39,311 bases of DNA from Octopus sinensis (taxonomy: Eukaryota): the NCBI RefSeq assembly GCF_006345805.1, contig NW_021835536.1:1-39311 (forward strand), written 5' to 3'. Position 1 is the stretch's first letter. The number at the start of each line of letters is the position of its first letter. Below are positions 1-11,877 of this stretch, piece after piece. The notes beneath the pieces were generated by a model. That model searched no databases, was not told where the DNA came from, and saw nothing but the letters and a program-made list of their open reading frames with translations. A program made the translations under genes and the position numbers.

Positions 1-793
1 ATGTGTTCAGCACAGCTAATATTATGGTAGTTCCATGAGCAAACGAAGAAAGATATAACCAAGTCCACTGCCAAATACTAATGACTAATTCATTTCCTGG
101 TCAAATACAATGACTAACTTCCATTAAATAATTTGAACGCAAGAATCAAGACCAAAGGGTGAACACTCAGAAAACTGTGCCTCTTTTAGCATTAATATCA
201 TCTAAAATCTAACAAGAGTGAGAAAAAGAATGACTATATGGATGGTAAATGTTGTTCAAACAATGTAATAAGTGTATATATATATATTACAAACAAGGAT
301 TTGTGAGATCAAGTCACACAGGGAACTCATATTTAATTCCTATCTTTATAATTTATGTCAACACCAATATTTTGTTTAAATGCAAACAGATGTTCACCGT
401 TCAATACTAAATTTGATATTTAATCAACGTTGATGATCATTATACTTATAATCTTAGAGATTTGATTTTTAATTTCTTTAATTTATAACAAAGTTATTCT
501 GACCTGAGACATTCAGGGTACGTACCTAAACAACATATCATGACAGACATCTGGCTACATAACAACAACAACAATAACCTATGAGAAAACTTAGGAAAGA
601 CCTTAGTAGTAAAAGAAACAAAATCTTTCTCGTTAACTCACCTGTTTACAAATAAACAACAAAATGTTTTAGTTCTCTGTCCTAAAAGACATCATTAACT
701 CTATTATGTCTTCTTATTTAACCATTTTACCAACCACGTTAACCTTGATTTTATGAAATTTCAGTGGAATATTTAATAGAATCCTTTTTACAG

Positions 794-1345
794 CTAATGC
801 GGAAACTAGGGATTGACGAGCGATTATAAGAGTTGAAGACCCTGTAGTAAGGTGAGGATCGGCAATGAGTATAGTGAAGAATTCCGGATAGAAGTAGGAG
901 TTCACTAGGGATCATTCCTAAACCCCTCGTTTTCATCATAGTCCACCAGGCAATAAGAGAAATGACAAATCAAAAGCAATTCAAGATCGAAATCAAAATG
1001 AAATTGTAGTTGTGACCGATGCCAGTGCCGCCTGACTGGCACCTGTTCCTGTGTCACGTTATAAGTACCATAGAAGCATAGGTCCTTGTCACTGCCGCCT
1101 GACTAGTTCCCTGTGCCGCTGGCACGTAAAAAGCACCATCCGAACGTGGTCGATGCCAGCCCCCCCCCGACTGGCTCCTGTGTCGGTGGCACGTAAAAAG
1201 CACCCACCACACTCTCGGAGTGGTTGGCATTAGGAATGGCATACATATGTGGAAACCTTGCCAGTCACATTGGAGCCTGGCGCAGCCTACTGCCTTGCCA
1301 GTGAAATCGTCCGACCCATGCCGCCATAAGAAACGGTTAATGATT

Positions 1346-1379
<34 letters not shown>
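794..1379 (+). mobile_element. RTE-clade LINE remnant: RT fragment fused to 3' UTR ending in (GAT)n (unit A1)
   Basis: The + strand reads LMRKLGIDE...SKVRIGNEYSEEFRIEVGVH*GSFLNP, a degenerate RT segment around the GVHQGSVLSP motif. It is followed by a modular 3' UTR and a GTTAA-(TGA)n tail. Absent from the diverged paralogous unit near 15920. Confidence 0.85.
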
Positions 1380-1627
1380 GTTCTGTGACCAATGACAAAA
1401 TTAACTCTATTGTGTCTTCTAATTTGAACATTATTACCAACAGCATTAACCTCAATGGGTATTTCATAACTCTCAGTAAATCGATATCTTTAATTCAATT
1501 ATTATACAGATAATCGTTCAATTGGAAAATAGGAATGGAAGCTGTTTTCAGTTATTCTTTCAAGCACAATATACTCGGGGGAAGAAACCTTACAGAAATC
1601 AATTGGGAACTATTATTTTATACTCAC

Positions 1628-1705
1628 CAATTGCCTGAGATGCAGCCCCTAATTCCTGACATGTAGCCTCTGTTTGTACACACCTGTCTTCAAACTTTGG
1701 AGCCC
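1628..1705 (-). CDS. 78-nt symmetric phase-1 exon, copy 6 in transcription order (APKFEDRCVQTEATCQELGAASQAI)
   Basis: TATTTCAG acceptor, ATTG|GTGAGT donor, open frame; homologous to the exon at 16046-16096; phase matches the RING exon donor. Confidence 0.62.
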
Positions 1706-2353
1706 CTGAAATAAATATTTCCAAGGTTTTACATTTAAAAAGAAACTTTCTTTATCTTTATTTTTATTAAACTCTATCTTGTTATTGAGACATTCAATTC
1801 CTGTCGTTAATGGTCAAATGTTGACCATTATGGTTTGGTCAATATTTCTGTACTTTCTACAGTGGTCCCATGTAATAGCTCAATATGTCCACAATAAAAC
1901 AGACTAACATTCTAAATCCACCCTCTCCCTCTCTCTCTCTCTCTAGAACACATTAAATATTCTAACAATGGCAATTATCTCATTTAATTAACACTTGACA
2001 AGTTTTCTCTTAGCATTGTCTTCTTTTCTTATAACTGCCAAATCTATGGCATGGCACAGTCCTCTCATCTCTAGAATTCACTAATCAACATTCCTCTCTA
2101 ATTAAGTGAAACTGAGCCCATAAAGACATGTCCTTTATGTGCATACCCTCCACCCCGCACACAATCTGTCCCTAAAAATCATCTCCAAGCCAAATTCCAT
2201 ACACCCTTCCCAACATGATCCCTAACAAGATATAAAATGTAAGGTGAGGGTACACGATGTTCCTATGACAAAATAAGTTTACATTTCAGACATACAAATG
2301 TAAGAGAGTTAATGAATTATAGCTTATTAATTATCATGATAATTGGGTATATA

Positions 2354-2919
2354 CACTACCGTCAGAAATTAATTAGCACCCTTGATTTGCTCACCATGAA
2401 GCATGGTGGGGGTGGTCTGATGGTGTGAGGGGCGTTCAGCTACAGTTTGGTTGGGCGGCTCTATGCCGTCGAAGGCAACATCAACGCAGCAAAGTACTTT
2501 GAGATAGTACGGGATACCTCTTTGGTGGCGAGGAGTACGTGCTGGCCAGTCACCTGACCTGAACCCTATTGAGAACCTCTGGAGTCGATTGGGTAGGGAT
2601 TTGAATGTGCAGCAATACAGGAACCGACACGAGCTGTTTGGGGCACTTCTTGCTGCATGAGGGGCCATCCCTGCACAGTACCTGCAGGCACTCATAGACA
2701 GCATGCCGACCCGCGTAGCAGCTGTCATTGCTGCCAAAGGAGGAGCAACAAGATATTGACTAAATTTCACGATTAATATCAATTATGTGGTGTGCTGGGA
2801 TATGTTTTAATAAATTTTTGATTAAAAACAAGTTCGTTTCTGATAAAAGTTAATTAAATTAAGAAAATGTAAGAAAATGTAGAAATTTGAGAAGTGCTAA
2901 TTAATTTCCGACGCAAGTG
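2354..2919 (+). mobile_element. Internally deleted Tc1-family DNA transposon
   Basis: TIRs CACTACCGTCAGAAATTAATTAGCAC / CACTTGCGTCGGAAATTAATTAGCAC and TA duplication. The empty site GGTATATATGT is seen in other units. Transposase remnants KHGGG, PDLNPIENLW and AVIAAKGGATRY*. Confidence 0.95.
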
Positions 2920-3169
2920 TATGTGATAGAATGGCACTGTGCTTGACGGTGCAATACTAGATATCAATATAGATTGTATATAATCTGAGTAAAGAACATA
3001 TAACCTTCATTACTATGAATATGATTGTGTCTCAGCACAGCTAATATTATGGTAGTTCCATGAGCAAACGAAGAAAGATATAACCAAGTCCACTGCCAAA
3101 TACTAATGATTAATTCATTTCCTGGTCAAATAACAATGACTATATTCTATTAAATAATTTGAATGCAAC

Positions 3170-3981
3170 GATGTCGGTGTGCACACAAGGCAGAGTGAAG
3201 AGGCCGGAGAGAAGTGTTAGACATAAGAAGCATCAGATGTGGTGTACAAGAGAGACAACTGCACTGGTATGGTTATGGGTATGGATGAGGAGAATTGTGG
3301 GAAGAAGTGTTACACCCTAACAGTGGAACGAACCCGTGGAAAGGAGTGACCCAGGAAGACAGGGGATGACGTGGTGAAACGACCTTCGAATGTTGGGCCT
3401 CACAGAGGTAATGGCAAGAGACAGGGACCTCTGTAAATATGACGTGATTAAGAGGACCCGGCAAGTGAAGTGAGATCACAGCTGTAGCCTATACCAGTGT
3501 TGCATAACCAGCCCTTTTTAAAAGTACCCTTGAATCACAGAGTGATAAGTTGCGCTTGAGAAGAATTTCTGAGTCAAGTAAAACAAAAAACCAGAAATCA
3601 CAAATCAAAATCAAATCAAGATCGAAATCAAAATGCAAATTGTAATGATGGCCGATGTCAGTGCCGCCTGGCTGGCACCCGTGCCGATGGCACATAATAA
3701 GTACCATTCAAACATTGTTTGTTGCCAGTGCCGCCTGACTGGTTCCCTGTGCAGGTGGCACGTAAAAAGCACCTTCCGAACGTGGTCGATGCCAGCCCCA
3801 ACTTCAACTGGCTCCTGTGCGGTGGCACGTAAAAAGCACCCACCACACTCTCGGAGTGGTTGGCGTTAGGAATGGCATACATATGTGGAAACCTTGCCAG
3901 ATCACATTGCAGCCTGACGCAGCCTACTGCCTTGCCAGTGAAATCGTCCGACCCATGCCGCCATAAGAAACGGATGTTAAA

Positions 3982-4018
<37 letters not shown>
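3170..4018 (+). mobile_element. RTE-clade LINE 3' portion: ORF C-terminus + 3' UTR + (GAT)n tail (unit B1)
   Basis: Degenerate, frameshifted reading ...DIRSIRCGVQERQLHWYG...RPRK...DRDL...KRTRQVK*, typical of an RTE C-terminus; same 3' UTR and tail as in the A units. Confidence 0.88.
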
Positions 4019-4270
4019 GTTCCATGACCAAATGACAAAATTAAGTCTATTGTGTCTTCTAATTTGAACATTATTACCAACAGCATTAACCTCAATGGGT
4101 ATTTCAAAAAATCTTAGTAAATCGATATCTTTAATTCATTATTATACAGATAATTGTTCACAATTGGAAAATAGGAATGGAAGCTGTTTTCAGTTATTCT
4201 TTCAAGCACAATATACTCGGGGGAAGAAAACCTTACAGAAATCAATTGGGAACTATTATTTTATACTCAC

Positions 4271-4348
4271 CTATTGCCTGAGATGCAGCCCCTAATTCCT
4301 GACATGTAGCCTCTGTTTGTACACACCTGTCCTCACACTTTGGAGCCC
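4271..4348 (-). CDS. 78-nt symmetric phase-1 exon copy (APKCEDRCVQTEATCQELGAASQAI)
   Basis: AG/GT intact, 78 nt, open frame. Confidence 0.62.
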
Positions 4349-5898
4349 CTGAAATAAATATTTCCAAGTTTTACATTTAAAAAGAAACTTTCTTTATCTT
4401 TATTTTTATTAAACTCTATCTTGTTATTGTGAGACATTCAATTTCTGTCGTTAATGGTCAAATGTTGACCATTATGGTTTTGGTCAATATTTCTGTACTT
4501 TCTACAGTGGTCCCATGTAATAGCCCAATATGTCCACAATAAAAGAGACTAACATTTCTAAATCCACCCTCACTTCTGTCTCTCTCTCTCTCTCCCTCTC
4601 TCTTTCAAAACACATTAAATATTCTAACAATGTTGCAATTATCTCATTTAATTAACACTTGATAAGAGTTTCCTCTTAGCTTTGTCTTTCTTTTCTTATA
4701 ACTGTGCCAAATCTATGGCATGGCACAGTCCTCTCATCTCTAATTCACTAATCAACATTCTTCTCTAATTAAGTAAAACTGAGGTCATAAAGATGTCCTT
4801 TACGTGCATACGCTCCATCCCACACACAATCTGTCCCCTAAAAATCATCTCCACAACATGATCCCTAACAAGATATAAATGTTAGGTGAGGGTACACGAT
4901 GTCCCTATGACAAAATAAATTTTACATTTCATACATACAAATGTAAGAGAGTTAATGAATTATAGCTTATTAGTTATCGAGATAATTGGGTATATATGTG
5001 ATACAATGGCACTGTGCTTGACGGTGCAATACTGAGATATCAATATAGATTGTATATAATCTGAGTAAAGAACATATAACCTTCATTACTATGAATATGA
5101 TTGTGTCTCAGCACAGCTAATATTATGGTAGTTCCATGAGCAAACGAAGAAAGATATAACCAAGTCCACTGCCAAATAATAATGATTAATTCATTTCCTG
5201 GTCAAATAACAATGACTATCTTTCATTAAATAATTTGAACGCAACAATCAAGACCAAAGGGTTAAACACTCAGAAAACTGTGCCTCTTTTAGCATTAATA
5301 TCATCTAAAAATCTAAGAAGAGTGAGAAAAAGAATGACTATATGGATGGTAAATGTTGTTCAAACAATGTAATAAGTGTATATTATATATAGTTACAAAC
5401 AAGGATTTGTGAGTTCAAGTCACACAGGGGACTCATATTTAATTCTTTTCTTTATATTTTATGTCAACACCAATATTTTGCTTAAATGTAAACATGTTCA
5501 CCGTTCAATAGTAAATTTAATATTTAATCAACGTTAATGATCATTATACTTACAATCTTAGAGATTTGATTTTAATTTATTTAATTTATAACAAAGTTAT
5601 TCTGACCTGAGACATTCAGGGTACGTACCTAAACAAACATATCCTGACAGACATCTGGCTACATAACAATAACAACACAATAACCTATCAGAAAACTTTG
5701 GAAAGACCTTAGTAGTAAAGAAACAAAAACTTTCTCGTTAACTCACCTGTTTACAAATAAACAACAAAATGTTTTAGTTCTCTGTCCTAAAAGACATCAT
5801 TAACTCTATTATGTATTCTTATTTATCCATTTTACCAACCACGTTAACCTTGATTTTATGAAATTTCAGTGGAATATTTAATAGAATCCTTTTTACAG

Positions 5899-6477
5899 CT
5901 AATGCGGAAACTAGGGATTGACGAGCGATTATAAGAGTTGAAGAGGCCCTGTAGTAAGGTGAGGATCGGCAATGAGTATAGTGAAGATTTCCGGATAGAA
6001 GTAGGAGTTCAATAGGGATCATTCCTGAACCCCTCGTTTTCATCATAGTCCACCAGGCAATAAGAGAAATGACAAATCAAAAGCAATTCAAGATCGAAAT
6101 CAAAATGGAAATTGTAGTTGTGACCGATGCCAGTGCCGCCTGACTGGCACCTGTTCCTGTGTCACGTTATAAGTACCATAGAAGCATAGGTCCTTGTCAC
6201 TGCCGCCTGACTGGTTCCCTGTGCCCTGGCACGTAAAAAGCACCATCCAAATGTGGTCGATGCCAGCCCCCACCCCGACTGGCTCCTGTGCCGGTGGCTC
6301 GTAAAAGGCACCCACCACACTCTCGAGGGTGGTTGGCATTAGGAATGGCATACATATGTGGAAACCTTGCCAGATCACATTGGAGCCTGGCGCAGCCTAC
6401 TGCCTTGCCAGTGAAATCGTCCGACCCATGCCACGATAAGAACGGATGTTAAATGATGATGATGATGATGATGATGA
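5899..6477 (+). mobile_element. RTE LINE remnant (RT fragment + 3' UTR), unit A2
   Basis: Near-identical to 794-1379. Confidence 0.85.
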
Positions 6478-6727
6478 GTTCTGTGACCAAATGACAAAAT
6501 TAACTCTATTGTGTCTTCTAATTTAACATTATTACCAACAGCATTAACCTCAATGGGTATTTCATAAAACTCACAGTAAATCGATATCTTTAATACAATT
6601 ATTATACAGATAATTGTTCAATTGGAAATAGGAATGGAAGCTGTTTTCAGTTATTCTTTCAAGCACAATATACTCGGGGGAAGAAAACCTTACAGAAATC
6701 AATTGGGAACTATTATTTTATACTCAC

Positions 6728-6805
6728 CAATTGCCTGAGATGCAGCCCCTAATTCCTGACATGTAGCCTCTGTTTGTACACACCTGTCCTCAAACTTTGG
6801 AGCCC
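6728..6805 (-). CDS. 78-nt symmetric phase-1 exon copy (APKFEDRCVQTEATCQELGAASQAI)
   Basis: AG/GT intact, 78 nt, open frame. Confidence 0.62.
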
Positions 6806-8312
6806 CTGAAATAAATATTTCCAAGTTTTACATTTAAAAAGAAACTTTCTTTATCTTTATTTTTATTAAACTCTATCTTGTTATTGTGAGACATTCAATT
6901 TCTGTTGTTTACTGGTCAAATGTTGACCATTATGGTTTTGGTCAATATTTCCGTACTTTCTACAGGGGTCCCATGTAATAGCCCAATATGTCCACAATAA
7001 AACAGACTAACATTTCTAAATCCACCCTTACTCTCTCTCTCTCTCTCTCTCTAGAAACACATAAAATATTCTAACAACGTACCAATTATCTCATTTAATT
7101 AACACTTGGTAAAGTTTTCTCTTAGCTTTGTCTTTCTTTTCTTATAACTGTGCCAAATCTATGGCATGGCACAGTCCTCTCATCTCTAGAATTCACTAAT
7201 CAACATTCTTCTTTAATTAAGTAAACTGAGGTCATAAAGATGTCCTTTATGTGCATACGCTCCATCCACACACAATCTGTCCCCTAAAAATCATCTCCAC
7301 AACATGATCCCTAACAAGATATAAGATGTTAGGTGAGGGTACACGATGTCCTATGACAAAATAAATTTACATTTCATACATACAAATATAAGAGAGTTAA
7401 TGAATTATAGCTTATTAATTATCATGATAATTAGGTATATATGTAATACAATGGCACTGTGCTTGACGGTGCAATACTAGATATCAATATAGATTGTATA
7501 TAATCTGAGTAAAGAACATATAACCTTCATTACAATGAATATGATTGTGTCTCAGCACAGCTAATATTATGGTAGTTCCATGAGCAAACGAAGAAAGATT
7601 AATGTTTAATTCATTTCCTGGTCAAATAACAATGACTATCTTTCATTAAATAATTTGAACGCAACAATCAAGACCAAAGGGTGAAACACTCAGAAAACTG
7701 TGCCTCTTTTAGCTTTAATATCATCTAAAATCTAACATTGTGAGAAAAAGAATGACTATATGGATGGTAAATGTTGTTCAAACAATGTAATAAGTGTATA
7801 CTATATATAATTACAAACAAGGATTTGTGAGATCAAGTCACACAGGAACTCATATTTAATTCCTCTCTTTATTTTTATGTCAACACCAATATTTTGTTTA
7901 ATGTAAACATGTTCACCGTTCAATACTAAATTTATATTTAATCAACGTTAATGATCATTATACTTACTATCAATCTTAGAGATTTGATTTTTAATTTCTT
8001 TAATTTATAACAAAGTTATTCTGACATGAGACATTCAGGGTACGTACCTAAACAACATATCCTGACAGACATCTGGCTACAATAACAACAACAATAACCT
8101 ATCAGAAAACTTAGGAAATACCTTAGTAGCAAAAGAAACAAATCTTTCTCGGTAACTCACCTGTTTACAAATAAACAACAAACTATTTTAGTTCTCTGTC
8201 CTAAAAGACATCATTAACTCTATTATGTCTTCTTATTTATCCATTTTACCAACCACGTTAACCTTGATTTTATGAAATTTCAGTGGAATATTTAATAGAA
8301 TCCTTTTTACAG

Positions 8313-8866
8313 CTAATGCGGAAACTAGGGATTGACGAGCGATTATAAGAGTTGAAGAGGCCCTGTAGTAAGGTGAGGATCGGCAATGAGTATAGTGAAG
8401 AATTCCGGATAGAAGTAGGAGTTCACTAGGGATCATTCCTAAACCCCTCGTTTTCATCATAGTCCACCAGGCAATAACAGAAATGACAAATCAAAAGCAA
8501 TTCAAGATCGAAATCAAATGGAAATTGTAGTTGTGACCGATGCCAGTGCCGCCTGACTGGCACCTGTTCCTGTGGCACGTTATAAGTACCATAGAAGCAT
8601 AGGTCCTTGTCACTGCCGCCTGACTAGTTCCCTGTGCCGCTGGCACGTAAAAAGCACCATCCGAACGTGGTCGATGCCAGCCCCCACCCCGACTGGCTCC
8701 TGTGTCGGTGGCACGTAAAAGGCACCCACCACACTCTCGGAGTGGTTGGCATTAGGAATGGCATACATATGTGGAAACCTTGCCAGATCACATTGGAGCC
8801 TGGCGCAGCCTACTGCCTTGCCAGTGAAATCGTCCGACCCATGCCACGATAAAAAAAGGATGTTAA

Positions 8867-8900
<34 letters not shown>
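8313..8900 (+). mobile_element. RTE LINE remnant (RT fragment + 3' UTR), unit A3
   Basis: Near-identical to 794-1379. Confidence 0.85.
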
Positions 8901-9148
8901 GTTCTGTGACCAAATGACAAAATTAACTCTATTGTGTCTTCTAATTTGAACATTATTACCAACAGCATTAACCTCAATGGGTATTTCATAAACTCACAGT
9001 AAATCGATATCTTAATACAATTATTATACAGATAATGTTCAATTGGAAAATAGGAATGGAAGCGGTTTTCAGTTATTCTTTCAAGCACAATATACTCGGG
9101 GGAAGAAACCTTACAGAAATCAATTGGGAACTATTATTTTATACTCAC

Positions 9149-9226
9149 CAATTGCCTGAGATGCAGCCCCTAATTCCTGACATGTAGCCTCTGTTTGTAC
9201 ACACCTGTCTTCAAACTTTGGAGCCC
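9149..9226 (-). CDS. 78-nt symmetric phase-1 exon copy (APKFEDRCVQTEATCQELGAASQAI)
   Basis: AG/GT intact, 78 nt, open frame. Confidence 0.62.
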
Positions 9227-9893
9227 CTGAAATAAATATTTCCAAGTTTTACATTTAAAAAGAAACTTTCTTTATCTTTATTTTTATTAAACTCTATCTT
9301 GTTATTGTGAGACATTCAATTCCTGTCGTTACTGGTCAAATGTTGACCACTATGGTTTTGGTCAATATTTCTGTACTTTCTACAGTGGTCCCATGTAATA
9401 GCCCAATATGTCCACAATAAAACAGACTAACATTCTAAATTCACCCTCTCCTCTCTCTCTCTCCTCTTTCTCTCTCTCTCTCTCTCTCTTCTCTCTCTAG
9501 AAAACACATTAATATTCTAACAACGTACTAATTATCTCATTTAATTAACACTTGATAAGAGTTTCTCTTAGCTTTGTCTTTCTTTTCTTATAACTATGCC
9601 AAATCTATGGCATGGCACTGTCCTCTCATCTCTAGAATTCACTAATCAACATTCCTCTCTAATTAAGTAAAACTGAGGTCATAAAGACTGTCCTTTATGT
9701 GCATACCCTCCACCCCGCACACAATCTGTCCTCTGAAAATCATCCTCCACAACATGATCCCTAACAAGTTGTAAAATGTAAGGTGAGGGTACACGATGTT
9801 CCTATGACAAAATAAGTTTTACATTTCAGACATACAAATGTAAGAGAGTTAATGAATTATAGCTTATTAATTATCATGATAATTGGGTATATA

Positions 9894-10459
9894 CACTACC
9901 GTCAGAAATTAATTAGCACCCTTGATTTGCTCACCATGAAGCATGGTGGGGGTGGTCTGATGGTGTGAGGGGCGTTCAGCTACAGTTGTGTTGGGCGGCT
10001 CTATGCCGTCGAAGGCAACATCAACGCAGCAAAGTACGTTGAGATAGTACGGGATACCTCTTTGGTGGCGAGGAGTACGTGCTGGCCAGTCACCTGACCT
10101 GAACCCTATTGAGAACCTCTGGAGTCGATTGGGTAGGGATTTGAATGTGCAGCAATACAGGAACCGACACGAGCTGTTTGGGGCACTTCTTGCTGCATGG
10201 GGGCCATCCCGCGCACAGTACCTGCAGGCACTCATAGACAGCATGCCGACCCGCGTAGCAGCTGTCATTGCTGCCAAAGGAGGAGCACAAGATATTGACT
10301 AATTTCACACGATTAATATCAATTATGTGGTGTGCTGGGATATGTTTTAATAAATTTTGATTAAAAACGAGTTCGTTTCTGATAATAAGTTAATTAAATT
10401 AAGAAAATGTAAGAAAATGTAGAAATTTGAGACGTGCTAATTAATTGCCGACGCAAGTG
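9894..10459 (+). mobile_element. Internally deleted Tc1 transposon, duplicate of 2354-2919
   Basis: Same TIRs, same TA site and same internal deletion, 7540 bp from the first copy. Confidence 0.95.
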
Positions 10460-10709
10460 TATGTGATACAATGGCACTGTGCTTGACGGTGCAATACTAG
10501 ATATCAATATAGATTGTATATAATCTGAGTAAAGAACATATAACCTTCATTACTATGAATATGATTGTGTCTCAGCACAGCTAATATTATGGTAGTTCCA
10601 TGAGCAAACGAAGAAAGATATAACCAAGTCCACTGCCAAATACTAATGATTAATTCATTTCCTGGTCAAATAACAATGACTAACTTCCATTAAATAATTT
10701 GAACGCAAC

Positions 10710-11550
10710 GATGTCAGTGTGTACACAAGGCAGAGTGAAGAGGCCGGAGAGAAGTGTTAGACATAAGAAGCATCAGATGTGGTGTACAAGAGAGACAACT
10801 GCACTGGTATGGTCATGTGTATGGATGAGGAGAGCTGTGGGAAGAAGTGTTACACCCTAACAGTGGAAGGAACCCGTGGAAAGGGGTGACCCAGGAAGAC
10901 AGGGGATGACGTGGTGAAACGACCTTCGAATGTTGGGCCTCACAGAGGTAATGGCAAGAGACAGGGACCTCTGTAAATATGACGTGATTAAGAGGACCCG
11001 GCAAGTGAAGTGAGATCACAGCTGTAGCCTATACCAGTGTCGCATAACCAGCCCTTTTTAAAAGTACCCTTGAATCACAGAGTGATAAGTTGCGCTTGAG
11101 AAGAATTTCTGAGTCAAGTAAAACCAAAAACAGAAATCACAAATCAAAATCAAATCAAGATCGAAATCAAAATGCAAATTGTAATTACGGCCGATGCCAG
11201 TGCCGCCTGGCTGGCACCCATGCCGGTGGCACATAATAAGTACCATTCAAACATTGTTTGTTGCCAGTGCCGCCTGACTGGTTCCCTGTGCCGTGGCACG
11301 TAAAAAGCACCTTCCGAACGTGTCGATGCCAGCCCCAACTTCAACTGGCTCCTGTGTCGGTGGCACGTAAAAAGCACCCACCACACTCTCGGAGTGGTTG
11401 GCGTTAGGAATGGCATACATATGTGGAAACCTTGCCAGATCACATTGCAGCCTGACGCAGCCTACTGCCTTGCCAGTGAAATCGTCCGACCCATGCCACC
11501 ATAAGAAACGGATGTTAAATGATAATGATGATGATGATGATGAGATGATG
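10710..11550 (+). mobile_element. RTE LINE 3' portion, unit B2
   Basis: Near-identical to 3170-4018, with the same 5' junction GAACGCAACG|ATGTCAGTG. Confidence 0.88.
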
Positions 11551-11799
11551 TTCTGTGACCAAATGACAAAATTAACTCTATTGTGTCTTCTAATTTGAAC
11601 ATTATTACCAACAGCATTAACCTCAATGGGTATTTCATAACTCTCAGTAAATCGATATCTTTAATTCAATTATTATACAGATAATCGTTCAATTGGAAAA
11701 TAGGAATGGAAGCTGTTTTCAGTTATTCTTTCAAGCACAATATACTCGGGGGAAGAAAACCTTACAGAAATCAATTGGGAACTATTATTTTATACTCAC

Positions 11800-11877
11800 C
11801 TATTGCCTGAGATGCAGCCCCTAATTCCAGACATGTAGCCTCTGTTTGTACACACCTGTCCTCACACTTTGGAGCCC
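11800..11877 (-). CDS. 78-nt symmetric phase-1 exon copy (APKCEDRCVQTEATCLELGAASQAI)
   Basis: AG/GT intact, 78 nt, open frame. Confidence 0.62.

Noticed and set aside
714-939. Repeated minus-strand ORFs MMKTRG…KVNVVGKMDK (also 5819, 8233 and 13351)
   Set aside because: Antisense reading of the RTE RT fragment plus flanking intron.
1021-1205. Repeat-spacer appearance suggestive of CRISPR
   Set aside because: Eukaryotic context, only three degenerate modules inside a LINE 3' UTR, no unique spacers and no cas genes.
2369-2782. 137-aa minus-strand ORF (and 9909-10277)
   Set aside because: Antisense to the Tc1 transposase remnant.
3590-3635. AAATC(G/A)-rich run as a telomere-like repeat
   Set aside because: Short, irregular and embedded in the RTE 3' UTR in every copy.
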